This document shows positions 50,293 to 63,428 of a DNA stretch of 64,000 bases, in pieces. The notes beneath the pieces were generated by a model. The model made no database searches and had not been told where the DNA came from. It saw nothing but the letters and a program-made list of their open reading frames with translations. The position numbers and the translations under genes are program-made. The stretch's first letter is position 1. Every line of letters starts with the position of its first letter. Source of the DNA: Atractiella rhizophila (taxonomy: Eukaryota); contig MU271387.1 in assembly GCA_021432655.1 (NCBI GenBank), positions 1-64,000 on the forward strand, given 5' to 3'.

Positions 50293-52877
50293 TCAATCTG
50301 AGTCGTCGTTCTTCTGGTTGGAAGACTTTTTCGCAGGAAAGACGTAGTCTTTGGGTTTCTTCATATCAATTCTAATCCCAAGGAACGTGGGGAATCTCGG
50401 AACGCCATCCTATTATGCTGTCATTGCTGTGATAATAAGGGTGAAGAAGCACGACACACCTTTGTGATCTCCTGGAATCTGTAATTGATAATGGTTCCAA
50501 TCTATGCATTTCTCGGTAAGCCTGTTCTGAAAACGAGAGAACAGGTTATGCGGACCTTGGGAGGTTTCTTTCGCAGATCATCGTTCATACCAGAGCCAAC
50601 CTGGAATTCCTGTCCGGATTCCATCTTACATTTCAAGGAGCCTGTCATTCCTGCATACTTTCCCTATACAGCAATGTTAATTAGAAAAAACTTTGTGAAA
50701 AAAACAAATCCACACCTTTCCGTTGACGTGACCAATAACTTCGGCATCGGCTTCATAGAATGTCTTGACTTTCAAAAGTGTGGACGATCGCCGTCCTTCA
50801 TATTTAGATCCAGGTTTCCTCAGCATCAGCCTAGTGCAGCGTCAATCCAGTGCTCCAGCCACCATAAGAGAAGGAGACGAACCCTTCGCCTCCAAGCTGT
50901 TCAACCCTCTTCAAAGCCCTGAGAAGGTGATCTTTCCCTTCGCACTTTGTGTGTTGAACTAGATCCACCACCCCTGCTTTCTTAGTTTTATTCCCTTGTT
51001 CACTCTCATCGTGAATATCGACGAGCCCAGTTCCCTTCCCGATGATCTCATGCGTCATCTGAGACTCTTCGTCATCTTCGTCAACGGGGACAGGTGCCGC
51101 GACGGAGGGAGAGTTGTGAAATGTTTTCTCCAGAAATGCGACTCGTTCTTCGAATGATAAGCTTCCTTCAGATGGTACATCGAACACTATTAGACAAAGT
51201 CAGCTCGCAGCTCGAGCACTCATCAATGCAAACACCGACCATGGAATCTGATTTCGTTCCAGCGCTTGGAAGCTCCCGACCTAACAATGGAAGTAGCTTC
51301 ATTGAAGCCTCCACGAGAGTGCCACAGCTCTCCATCCAGAGTCGTACCTTGGGGGAGTTCTATACGTGTTCATCGTCGATTGCATACTCCGCGACGTAAA
51401 ACTTGAGAAAACGAACGCTCTTTAAACCAGTCGGGAGCAGCAAACTTATTTCCCAATCTACTGAGTAACTTAGATTTACCATCCCAGAAGCAACGCAGGC
51501 CGTCGACTGTTTGAAAATGAGATTTGAAATCAATTCTAAGAAAGGAAAGGTAAAGTACTCACGCTTTTCAGAAATCCACCAACCAGTGGGGTCTTGTTTT
51601 CCCTCTAAATCAAATTTATTAGCTAACAAGACCTGCACAGTAACGCTATCATCATCATCGTCCCCGTCATCGTTTGTTTTCTTCTTCTTTTTCGATGGAG
51701 AATCCGAATCAGCAGCTTTCCTCTTCCCTTTCCCTTTCACAGGCGAGGTCGGTACCTCGACTCCCTTCGCTTCCAATCGCACTTTCTCGTATCTTTAACC
51801 CACCACAAAAATGTTCAGCGCCATCCGTCAGGTAAAACGGAGCAGAAACACGACCCACTCTTCGCCTAAGACGGCTTTACAATGCTTGCATGAGCGACAG
51901 TCCACATTGATACCCTTCAAAAATGCCCATGCAGGGCAGGTGCAGCTGTAATGATCGTTGATCCTCTTTACTTTATATTTGGACGAGCCAGAGCCTTCAA
52001 CTTCAACAAATTCCTGATCCTTAAGCTTCTTCAAAGGCTTTACGCCGTTGATGTTCCACACAGGATCATCTTCCCCATCCTCCTCTTCGACTTCCATCGC
52101 CTCATCAGCCGCGGCTTCCGCCTGCTCCTCTTCTTCTTCGACTTTTGGCGCTTTCCCACGCGGGACTCGAGTGGCCGCGGTCTTTGAAGCAGGTTTAGAC
52201 GACCTTGAAGGAGGTTTGCTTTCTGACTTCGATGGCGGCTTAGACCTTGACCGCTTCGGCGGCCATTCTGCTTCTTCTTCTTCCTCTTCTACTTTTGCTT
52301 TCCCGCGAGTCGCTCTCGTGGTTCTCGAGGTAGGTTTCTTCGGAGCTTCCTCTTCTTCTTCAGCCTCTCCCTCGTCCTCTTCAGTCTTTACTTTCCCGCG
52401 CGTGGTGCGAGTGGTCTTTGAGACTGGCTTCGTTGTACCAGATTTTGAGGCAGGTTTCGCTTTAGAGGCAGGTTTGGAGGTAACGTTCTTCTCCGGCGGA
52501 CGCTGAGCATGCGTATCGGCGTATTGCTTGAGACGTTCTTCTTCGTAGGCTTCAGAGAGGACCTGCTTGAGATGTTTACAAGTCCTTTCGTTCGGCAGTT
52601 TACCTGAAAATAAATATTTATTCAGATCCCAAGTTGTTTGAATGTGAATGGAGGTACCTTTCTGCATCTTCCATGCCGGACCTTGTTTTGCGAATGCTGT
52701 CAGCCAGTATTTACGTCTGAAATACTGTTGGCAATGCTTACAGGAACAAATGTAATGGTCACCCGTCCTTTTGATGGTGTGTTTCGAATTCTTGCTTCCC
52801 TTCACCTCGAATGTTTCCTGGTCATCAAGCAGGGTTGCTGGCGCAACGCCGTTGATAGAGTGGAGAGGGTCTGCCAT
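50293..52877 (-). CDS. Minimal ATP-dependent DNA ligase (adenylation + OB domains) with two N-terminal SWIM zinc fingers
   Basis: WWISEK|LDGVRCFWDG (motif I KxDG), LDGELW, VFDVP, GGEG|LMLR, RSSTLLKVK, VGSG and GVPRFPTFLGIR. Two CxCPAW...CKH units. Confidence 0.9.
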
Positions 52878-53354
52878 GCTTCCAGTCTTTTGTTGTGGTG
52901 GTTCAGTTGGAGGGGAGAAGTTTCAGTGTCTATGACTTTTATTATGCCCACCAATGAATCGACAGGATATTTGACTCCTCAAGCCCTCTCAAGTCGTTTC
53001 CCGTAATTGGATATTGGAAGTTGAAACAGCGCAGCACACTGTAGCTTTTCCGTCCGCCAAACATGGCGCGTGTCACGTGGCAGTAACTGTATATTTGCTT
53101 CCAGCGGAGAGTATTGCACCGCGAGCTTGCGAAGCGAGCTGCCGCTGACAATCACATTTTCACAACGGCGACTTTTGGACGAATAGTTAACTATCAATAG
53201 TTAATGATTTGCGACTCAGAATATGATGTTCCGCTCTTGAAGCAGCATAAAAGCTGGTGGGGATGAACGGTCCTACTTTCTCGTTACTCTTTGCTTGAAA
53301 GACTTTCTCAAGGTGCCAAATATTCGACATCAACACTAGAGATTGATTGCAATC

Positions 53355-55731
53355 ATGTCTCGCCTCCAACGGATCATTTTGGTCCATCTGATTCTCATCT
53401 GTTTGGAGCAAAAGTTTTTGCTCCCCGGTCTTCCTGCTTCGCTAAGCGGTGTCAACGGTGGTGCGCTCATACTCCTGACTTCTCTCCTTTTGGGAGCTAT
53501 CAATCTCAAGATCCACCTCCTCTGGAATCAATATTATTTCTCTCGGCGCGCAGCGCGTCTTTATGATGCCTCCCTGATTCCAAAAGCTCAAGGATGGTTA
53601 CCGTTCAACATGGACTTCCCTCTCGTTGGTCCAAGACGTTTTCTCTCCGATCCCATCCCAGGTCAGTTCAGTTCAGCCATCAAGGAAAGGATGGGCAGCA
53701 GGACTATCAACTTGAATGTTTTTGGCGTCTTCGTTGGCATGACTGAAGATCCTGAGGTAGGCTCCGTTGCGATTCAAACTCAACAGAGTTGACTCACTCA
53801 TTTCATTGTGTCATGCCTGATCCCACAGGTTTTTAAGCACATTCTCACCGGAAAGAACTGGACCAATTTCCCCAAAGGAGATGTCTTCACGGCAGCAGCT
53901 CGTGATTTTCTAGGTGTGCAGCCTGGTTTTCTTCACAATGTGTTTGGCAGTGATATCTTCCACAAGGCGTGGGAATTTTTAACTCGGACGGTGAGCTCCC
54001 TCTTTATATCTACGTGAGGATTGAGAGTGATGATGCTACAGGGGCTCAGTGGAAACACCACAGGTACATAGTTCACTACCTGACAGCATATCCTTCAACT
54101 CATCCACATTACAGGACTTTGACCCGACCCTTCTTCTCCAAGGAAGAAATCTCAAACTGTGATGTGTTTGACAAGCACGTGAGCTTGTTTCTCTCCTACC
54201 TGAGCCGCTGGACAGATTGACGTCTTCGCTGCAGTCACAAGGGATCCTCTCGACAATCAGCCGCCTCTCTCTCTCGCCTCTCTCGACCTCTTCATCCATC
54301 CCTCCTCAACCACAGCTCCATCGTACCACTGCGTTCGATTTCCAGGATCTCGCCAGTCGCTTCACCCTGGACTCGGCGACGGAATTCCTGTTTGGCTGGT
54401 CCGTGGTAAGAATCTTTCCTCATGGGTAGCATTATAGAGCGTGACGGATATTGGTGGTTCAGGAGTCCTTAGCAGAACTGTTCCCGCCTTCGAAGGATGA
54501 GGAACATAAGGACGAACAAATGATCAAAGCTGGGGGATTCTTTCAGGCTTTCAATCGTGCTGAGTATGAGACGGCCAGGAGATTGTCGAGCGATCCTGTT
54601 GCTACTTTAGGCCTTTCGTGGAAAAATCCGGTCAAAGAAGCCATGAAGGTTTGTATAAATAGGTCTCTTATTGCTATGATTCAAATAAATTAATAATGGA
54701 CTAGGAAATATCGCCTCTCATCAATGCTATCATCCAGAAAGCGCTTTCTGATGAGAAGGCCCACGCAAACAACGAGAAGGTTTTCCTCAATCATCTGATA
54801 TCAGTAACGAAAGATCCAAAGGAGATTCACGATGAACTTCTCAACATTCTTCTCGGTGCGTAATGCTACTCTTTGCCCAATCCAAGAAAACCAACAAATA
54901 TCGTGTATAGCGAGCAAAGATACCACGGCGTCTCTCCTCACTTCTGTTGTTTATGAAATGTGCCACAACCCGTCATGTTGGAAAAAGCTGCGACAAGAGA
55001 TCATCTCTTCCTTTGGGACATCCTCAGACGCGGTAGGAGCGAAGGAACTAACATCAAAAAATGTGAGGGAGCTCAAATATTTGCGAAGCGTGCTCAACGA
55101 ATGTCTGAGGCTACATCCGGTCAGTTTCCTTCACTTCCATGACCAACTTGGACTCAATTGATATAAGCCTGTACCCTTCAATGTGAGGTCGTGTGTGGAG
55201 GAAGATGTGATTGCGATGAACGACGGGAAGCGATACTATGTCCCCGCGGGATCAGCTATCAGCTTAGGACTATGGCCAATGATGCGCAGACAGGATCTCT
55301 GGGGCCCCGACGCCAAGGTGTTTGACCCTGAAGTAAGCAAGAGCTCGCACGCCTTTTCCCTTCTGCTGATAAGCCTGATAGCGATGGCTCGACGAACGAA
55401 TCCGTTACTTGACCTCGAATCCCTTCATCTTCCAGCGTTCGTTCCTCCACTCTTTCTCCTACAATCTAACTGAAACAACACGCGGACAGCCTTCAGCGCT
55501 GGCCCGCGAATCTGTGTTGGACAAGCTTATGGCTACGAAGAAGCCTCGATCTGCATCATTCGCCTCGCTCAGAGATTCAGCAAGCTCCAGCTCGCGCCGG
55601 ATGCTCAACCTCAACGGTCGTTCTTCACCAACGCAAAGGGGGAGAGGGATATTGCGAGGAGTTGCGCCCTCATTCTTTCTTTCAAAGGAGGGTTGTGGGT
55701 GCGATTCACAGAGGCACAAGGTGATACTTAG
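53355..55731 (+). CDS. Cytochrome P450 (CYP63-like, CYP52 clan)
   Basis: GIFNSDG..WKHHR, RPFFSKEEIS, FQDLASRFTLDSATEFLFG, LLASKDTT, LRSVLNECLRLHP|PVPFNVR, DLWGPDAKVFDPE and FSAGPRICVGQ. Confidence 0.93.
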
Positions 55732-56034
55732 CCGCTCCCCAATAAGTACGGGGCACGGTCTAAACCATCCCGCCTTAATTTTGATACTTTTGTGATGATG
55801 ATAACGCGTGGGGGGGGGCTGTAATCTACATGTACAATCTAGTTTTGTATTTCTTGGGGGATGTCATGATCTTCCATCTTCGTGCACTACGGCGCCTGTG
55901 ACCGTGTTACGTGCCTTGCTTTTGAAATTATCGGCTGTTTATCTCACGACGCGTCTCGATGGATAAAAACAAACCACCCCCTCTCAGGGTCCAGCATCTC
56001 CTCCGAGTACAAACGCCGGTAAGGCACAGGCAGG

Positions 56035-59000
56035 ATGATGCACTTTTGGGCTCTCTCCTTACTCGCCTCGACATGGGGCTCGCCGACCATCAACACCTTG
56101 AATTCCGACTTGCTGCTGACCAACTACTTTTCGCTCAATGGCGTTGAGTCTCAGCAATACGTCGAGCAGGTTCCTTTGAACCTTTCATCCTATTTCAACA
56201 ATAAGGCGGCGGCGCTCTCTGGGCAGGAAGAAAGCGCTGATTTCGATGGTAGTGGTGGGAGCTACCCTGCGGAATATCTACCAAAGGAAGGAGAATGGTG
56301 GGATCAAGCGATCAAGGTGCCAACCCTTTCCATGAATTTGCATCGAAACACGGCTGATGATGTCGGGTTCAAAGTACAACTTGCCTTCTTTCCGTTCCTC
56401 GAACTATGACAACGTCAACTGTTCGGCTCATCAAGAAGTCGTGCCTGTCCCTCCAGGCAGATACACATCCTTTCACTGGGTCGGCGCAACAGATGGTTCG
56501 TCTCGTCGTCCGTTGAGTTGGGGATCCTGTTAACTAATGACTTAAAGGTGTTGCCTATGTAAACGGCGAATTTTGGGCTCAGTATGATGACGGTAGTCAA
56601 GAGAGTCTCGGGTTCGTAGTTGCACCAATCTGGCTCAAAAATCCATCTGACGGGTTTGTCGTTTATAATTACCTGCACCCTGCCTTAATCTTACGGAATA
56701 GTCCCATCACTGCCCCATTCTTGAACGAGAAAGGGAAGGACGGATCGTATCATCGCAACTTCAACATTACCCGAATGTTCACATTTGGACATCATTTGGA
56801 TAACTCAAAGACTTTGACTGGGATATTACTTCCAAAGTAATCTTCAACCGTTCTTCCAGCAACTTGACTAAGTCTGCTGTCCCAGCCAAACTGGCGGCTC
56901 GCAACTAACTGGCACGGTGAACATTCACATGTTTGCAGCAACGTTAATCTCGTCAGACATTTCCAATCACTCAAACGGGCCTGTTCTTCATGTGCAAAAC
57001 GTTCGAAGTACCACCAAGTCAGCTTATTTTTTGCTAGTTAGGTCACATTTACTGAAAATTGTCCACTCTCTAGATTCAGGTTGCACGGGAAAGAGAAAGC
57101 ACAACTTGTTGAGCTGACCATTACAAATCTCGCACCATCCAACAACTCCGCCGACAGGTGGATCGTTAATCCAACCTCTTTCACTTTGTCGCACCCAAAC
57201 ATCAAGACTGTAATTCCAGGCAGCCTGAAGCGACTTCGAGGAGGAGACCAAGTGCGAGTCATTGTAGGAATCGTCAGTAATGGTGTGAAGGCAGGCAAAA
57301 CGCTGGATGGTGTCACGATCCTCGCTAATGAGAAGAAAATCAGTAAGAATTGGAAGATCACGGCTGGAATCCCTGACTACTACGTTGGAGATGACTCGTT
57401 GAAAACGCACGAGAGCGCAGAATGGTTTGATTCTGCCAAATTTGGGTTGTTCGTGCACTGGGGTAAATACCTCGTACCCATTGCCTCATTCATTAACTTG
57501 AGGAACAGGAATCTACTCCGTGCCTGCTTGGACAGTTTCAGGGACCCAGTATGCAGAATGGTATGGCGTCTTTCCCTAATGTCCAGCAATTGCTTAACTT
57601 TTCCAACAGGTATTGGTACTGTAAGCATGCCCTACCGAAATTTGGACACGCCAATGACAATTATTGTTCTATAGGGCAACACAATCCTGCCAATTCATCA
57701 TCCGCTGTTTGGACACACCATCGTGAGGTCTATGGCGAGGATTTTCTATACGACGATTTCTTTCCTCACTTCACTGCTTCCGAGTTCAACGCCAAGGACT
57801 TTGTTGATTTCGTGTCTGATATTGGCGCAAAGTACTACGTCAGTATTTTCATTCATTAGCCATTAGTTTGCTAAGACCTGTCTAGGTCCTCACCACTAAA
57901 CGTGCGTGACAAAGACTTGAAAGAGGCCGTGACTGAAGATATCACTAGATCACGATGGATTCTCACTGTTCGACACCACTGGCAACTCCAACCGTAATTC
58001 GTTGAACTATGGTCCTAAGTGAGACATTTCCACCGATTGTTACGACATCTGAAGCAGAATCCTGCAGGCGCGATTTGCTAGGAGAGATCGTGGATGCTAC
58101 GAAGAAGTATCGCCCAGACATTAAAATCGGTGTTCGTTGTTCCGAGCTTGCTATTCACAAACTGATGATTTTACAGACATACTTCTCGCTCCCCGAATGG
58201 TTTAATCCTTCTTTTGCAAAATATGGACACGCCGGCGGAGGTTTGTTTCCTCTCTGCCCAGTTGGATGCCACTCAATTGGGACAGGTGACGATCTATATC
58301 ATCGCAGGTCAAGCGTACCTGGAACTCCTGGATACGATATTCTGCAACGTGAGATTTCTACCTTCATCAATAAAAAGCTTACATTACAGACAGGAACCGG
58401 TTTTGCTGGGGGTAAGCTTTGCTATAATTCTACATGTGAATGTTCCTCATTTTACTGCAGGTCTCGCTCATAACGCCTATAACAACTCGGAGCTCGAGCC
58501 ATACACTGGCTACGTCAAAGTAGACGACTTTCTTGAAGATATCATGAAACCTCAAATGGAGGCTCTGTTTTACAAATACAACACCGATATTCTTTGGTCA
58601 GAAAGCTCCTTGACCATGATCTCCCCAGCGTGACCAGTTTAACAGGTGCGATGTTGGAGGACCTACTGTTTATCCGGAAATCGGTGAGTCTTGCCGTAAC
58701 AATACCGATATAAACTAATGGTTTTCAGCACCGAAATGGTACAACTGGGCCGCAAAGCAGGGCAGACAAGTGCTAGCAAACGCAAGGTGCGGCGCCAACT
58801 ACTCTGACTTCGACGTGAGCCGCTTTCCCTTCACCACCCATGATTTCTCTGAGGTGTCAGAATAGAACCCTGAATACTCTGCCACCACCCATCTGAAGAC
58901 GAGGAAGTGGGAATCGAGCGAAGGTAGCGACCCCTACTCTTATGGCTACAATCGGGACACCCCCGGTAAGCCTCTGACAAGCTCTAAACCTGCTTCATTA

Positions 59001-59649
59001 CCTTGTCGAACCAGCTGATTTGGTACATAGATGCAAACTACCGGAATGCTACTTACGTTCTTCATTCTCTGGTCGATATCGTCTCCAAAGGCGGCAACTA
59101 CCTGATCGATGTCGGTACGATACATTGTCCCGTTGCGCGATAAGGGATTGAAGTACTCCACAGGTCCAACGGCTAATGGAACTGTCGTGCCTCCTTCTAA
59201 GAACTCGTTGTTGAAAGTAGGATCGTGGCTCAAATTCGCGTCAGCACTCCCATTCTAAGCTGGCAGCAAAAAGCTGACAGAATATTCCTCCCAGAGGAGA
59301 AGCGATATACGACACACAATGGTGGTTCTACGCCTCGCAAGATGAAGACTTACGATTCGTAAGTGTCACACGCTCCCATTCACCAAAACAACACTGAATG
59401 TGCAAGTAGACGACGAAGGAGGACGCATTCTACATCACCTCCCTGACATACCCCGTCAACGGTACCATCCGGACGAAGCTTCCTGTGCCAGCGAAGAAGG
59501 GAGACAAAGTCACCTTCCTCGGTCCAACGAAGAACCAGACCGCGCTCCAGTGGCAGTGGACTCCGGATGGGACGTTTGAGGTTTTCGGAAACGAGGAGGA
59601 GTTGAGCGAGGTGGACGATGCTTGGGCTTTCAAGATCGAATACGTGTAG
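56035..59649 (+). CDS. Secreted alpha-L-fucosidase (GH29) with long N-terminal extension
   Basis: Signal peptide, WFDSAKFGLFVHWG|IYSVPAW, YAEW|YW, TTKH|HDGFSLFDT, YFSLPEW, ILWCD and DIVSKGGNYLIDVG|PTANG. Confidence 0.93.
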
Positions 59650-60034
59650 GCAGGCTCTCGTGGAGAGCAAGTGGGAGGTTAAAAGGTAAAAGGAATTGAT
59701 TGACGACTGTTTGATGCACTATTTATCTGAGCTTACCGACACACAATCACAAATTGATGATGAGGATCCCAATGCATATGAAGATGAATGTGACACTACA
59801 TTAACATTATTGATCGTTTCTTGTAGTCCACAGACTGCACAACGACACGGCAAATAAGATAAATGAGTATTTAATGTTTAGGAGAAGAGGGAGCAAAATA
59901 ATAGGAAAGATGTTGGCAATCCGGATCCCAAGGCATGTTACAACAGAGGTAGGTAGGACAAGAAAATGAGGACTGAATCACAAATCTCAACACTCTCAAC
60001 CAATCAACTCAACCATGTAAAGAACTCAGTTCAT

Positions 60035-61728
60035 CTAAAAAGGAACCTCCGCTCTAACCGCCCGATCGACCTCCTCGCTCCCCCTCTTCATCCACGCATC
60101 TCGAAACGTCAACCTCTTCGGTCCACCCCAACCCTTCATCCAGTCCATAAACCTCAACTCGGCCACCGTAGCTCTCTTCGACGGGTCCCTGACGAGGAGC
60201 CTATTCACGACCTCCTTCGCCTCGGGACTACAAAGTCTCGCACCTTCCGAGGAAGGGTCGGAGGGCCACTCGAACTCGCCCTTGGCGATGCGGAACAGAT
60301 GTTTCTTTCCCTCTCCTTTCCGTCGAGCGAAGGGGAGGGAGCCGGTGAGGATGGCGTAGAGGACGACGCCTAGGGCCCAGGAATCCGTTTGCCGTCCGTC
60401 GTACGATTTCGACATGATGAGCTCCGGAGCGGCGTACTCTTCTGATCCACAGCGGGTCTGGAGCATCGGATTGGTGGGGTCGATGAAGCGGGAGAGTCCA
60501 AAGTCGGTCAGCTTGACGAAACGTTCGGGGAGAGGCGGTAGGGTCTCGTCTGGCAAGGGTTCGTGGAGAGGGAACGGACGGGCGGTCAAGAGGACGTCTG
60601 ACGCAACGCAACGTGAGTGGGTAGGATAGGATGGCAGGATGAGGAATGCTTACTCTCGAGCTTGATGTCGCGATGCACTAGGAAGATACTGTGCATCCAT
60701 CCGAGCACGGAGGCGAGTTCGCAGAATATGCGACGCGCTAATCCTGCGGACATCTCCTTGTGGTGATCGAGGAGGAAGTCGAGAAGTTCTCCGCCCTCCG
60801 CATACTCGAGGACGAGGCAATTGTGGTGTCTAGTGTCAAAGGACGCCGAGAGCGAGATGAGAGAAGGATGATGGATATGCTATCGACGCAGACAGAGATT
60901 GAACCCAGTCCCTCTCACGTTTAAAAGACAGCATACCTTCAAGACCTCCAATTCACGGACGACGGACACCTTCATCCGTTCGTTCTCTTGCCACATCCTC
61001 TTCTTGATCAACTTGATCGCGACCATTTCTCCCTCCTTCCCGCTCCCTTTCCTCCGCTTCCTCGCGCCCACAACTTTCGAAAAGCTCCCCTCGCCCAACA
61101 CCTTTACCACTTCGAATTCCCACTCCGCTCCCCTCCCAAATCCATGCTCCATCCCGTCCATCTCCGTAGGGCTCTCTGGCGGGGATACGGACAGTTCGGA
61201 AGCGAGGGATGAAGGGTAGAAGACGAAGCCAGGTATCGACTCGGCGTCTTCCGTCGTCGCCTCCGCATTCCTGAACGTCGAAGTGGTCGGACTCGGACTG
61301 GGCGGGGGAGTTGAATCCCTGATGGTGACGAGGGTAGGAAGACGCGACGGAGGTCTGAAGCCGTGTTGGAACTCGGGAGAGCCGAATCCGAGCGCAGCGA
61401 AGTGTTTCTCCTTCTTTGCTGCGCTGGCCAAGGAGAGGTTGTTGATGGCGGTCCTGAGGTCGCTGTGCGAGTACGCCTTGCGATTGGCGAGGGGCGAGAG
61501 ATGCTTCTCGCTCGACGGGGGGGAGGAGGACGGACTGGAGCCGCTGACTGAGGAGGGGGGCGAGGAGACGTGTGGCCCAGTGAAGCCAGACCCGAAGGCG
61601 GTTGAAAAAATGGAGTTCCTCGACACGGGCGTGGCGGGCGTCGGGGGCTGCACGTGCGGCATGGCGGGGAGGAGGCTGGGGGTGGGCAGGGGCGTGAGGT
61701 TGCGGAGCTGAGCGGAGGGAGTCGCCAT
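60035..61728 (-). CDS. Ser/Thr protein kinase, CAMK-like group (Prr1-like)
   Basis: LGEGSFSKV, VAIK, VHRDIKLE, KLTDFGLSR, RCGSEEYAAPEL and YDGRQTDSWALGVVLY. Confidence 0.92.
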
Positions 61729-61825
61729 CGTTGTTGCTCTTCGTCAGTTGGCGTCGGGACTGACTCACTGCGACTGCGACGTAGTGTCTCTAGTCTCTTC
61801 TTTAGTTGCATCGCCCACCACGAAT

Positions 61826-63207
61826 ATGGATTTATCTCTCGTCGCCCAGCCCAGCCAGGCTGAGTCTGTGCAGAAACAGCTTCGGATAGCTCAGAAATGT
61901 ATGTTTTTAAATTAGAAACGCGTAGATTGACGACGAACCGACAGTGGGCTACACATGCGTCGCCCTCAACACTCAAATTCCTCAGACGTTCGATCCAGCT
62001 CAACTACCGCTTCCCAAACCACCTCTACCTGACCTAGATCCGCGAACGAATGACGAGGCAGGACCATCGACCGTTCCGAGGACGACGAACGGAAAACTGC
62101 TCCAACTGAGTCGGGCGACGATCGAAATCGACCAAAAACACATAACGGGAGGAGGGAGCAAGAAGGAGGCAAAGATATACCAGCTCGTACGCATCTTCTC
62201 TATCCTCGGTACATGACTGATTGTGTGTACATTGACAGAGCACATCCAATCTCCCACACTTTGCAGCATACAATATCCTCTCAGTCCTCCCAACCGACTC
62301 TGCCTCTCTCTCCTACGCCTGCCTCACCCTAGCTCCACACATCGAGATCATAGTCCTACAAGCTTCGGACCAACCAGGTGGAAAGTCACCCTTATGGGGA
62401 GCGAAGCGATCGACCATACGGGCTGCCATCAAAGCCGGCTGTTTCTTCGAGGTCGTCCTCTACTCTACCACTTGTTCCACCACCCATCCATATAACTAAC
62501 GGAGGACGCAGATACGTTACGCACCCCTTCTCTCTTCGCAAAGCTCGTCGATACCTCACGCACGTCGAAATTTCACCGCACTCCTCAAGTCCATATCCGC
62601 CCTGACGGACGGCAAGGGACTCATCGTCTCTTCCCATTCAGCATCGTGGGAGACCATCCGCGCTCCTCATGACCTAATAAACATGTTCGTCTCCTCTGCC
62701 ACTCCATATTTCTTATTTGATTTGTTTAACAGTCTTGAAACTATGGGCCTCAATGGCGAGAAGGCTCGCGCAGCGGTCTCCGACAACCCTCGCAAAGCAG
62801 TCCTTCGAGGATGTAAGCTATCCACTCTCGTCAATCTGACAGGGACATTGACACGCTCTCACAACACAGTTGCCAACCGCCAAACCTATCGAGGAGTCAT
62901 CTCCGCCCCCATACTCACCACCACAATCGTGACCGTCGAAACCGTCGAGGAGGAGGAAGAGAAGGCAGCGGAGAGCGAACTCATCCCTACAGACAATCCT
63001 CAGAATCCTCAGCCGAGTTCGGAACCACACACGGAACCGCTACCAACAGCGACAGCGTCGTCTGTCCCGGAGGGGAAGGCAGAGCCGGTCAGGAATACGG
63101 GGAAGCGGAAGAGGGAGGTGACGGGTGCGAGTTTGGCGAGCTTGAAGGGAAGCGGTGTGGGGGAGGCGTCGCCGAAGCATAAGAAGAAGAAGAAGAAAAG
63201 AGAATAA
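61826..63207 (+). CDS. RPP1: RNase P/MRP subunit p30
   Basis: LGYTCVALN, LLQLSRATI, FFE|IRYAP, RRNF, GKGLIVSS, IRAPHDLIN, ARAAVSDNPRKAVL and a Lys-rich tail. Confidence 0.85.
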
Positions 63208-63428
63208 TGCGTGATTTTATCTTATCATCCTTCATATGGAATGAGACTTCCAAAACTCCTTTGGGGTGGATGAGTGCCGGAAAAATAAGTGATGATAAAT
63301 CTATTGCATGTTGCACAAGCTTCATTTCCCATCCAGATACTGCTCATCAACATTGTCAACGACAATCCCAACAAGTACACACTGACGCCCACTCGTAACA
63401 TCTCGTCAAAGAAAAGGTTGAGCTCAAC

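Noticed and set aside
56035..57380. Long N-terminal extension of the GH29 enzyme as a novel fusion
   Set aside because: To my knowledge this extension is common in fungal GH29 fucosidases.
53355..59649. CYP63-like P450 plus GH29 as a second cluster, or as part of the UbiA cluster
   Set aside because: They lie more than 20 kb away with many housekeeping genes between, and there is no core enzyme or evident functional link.
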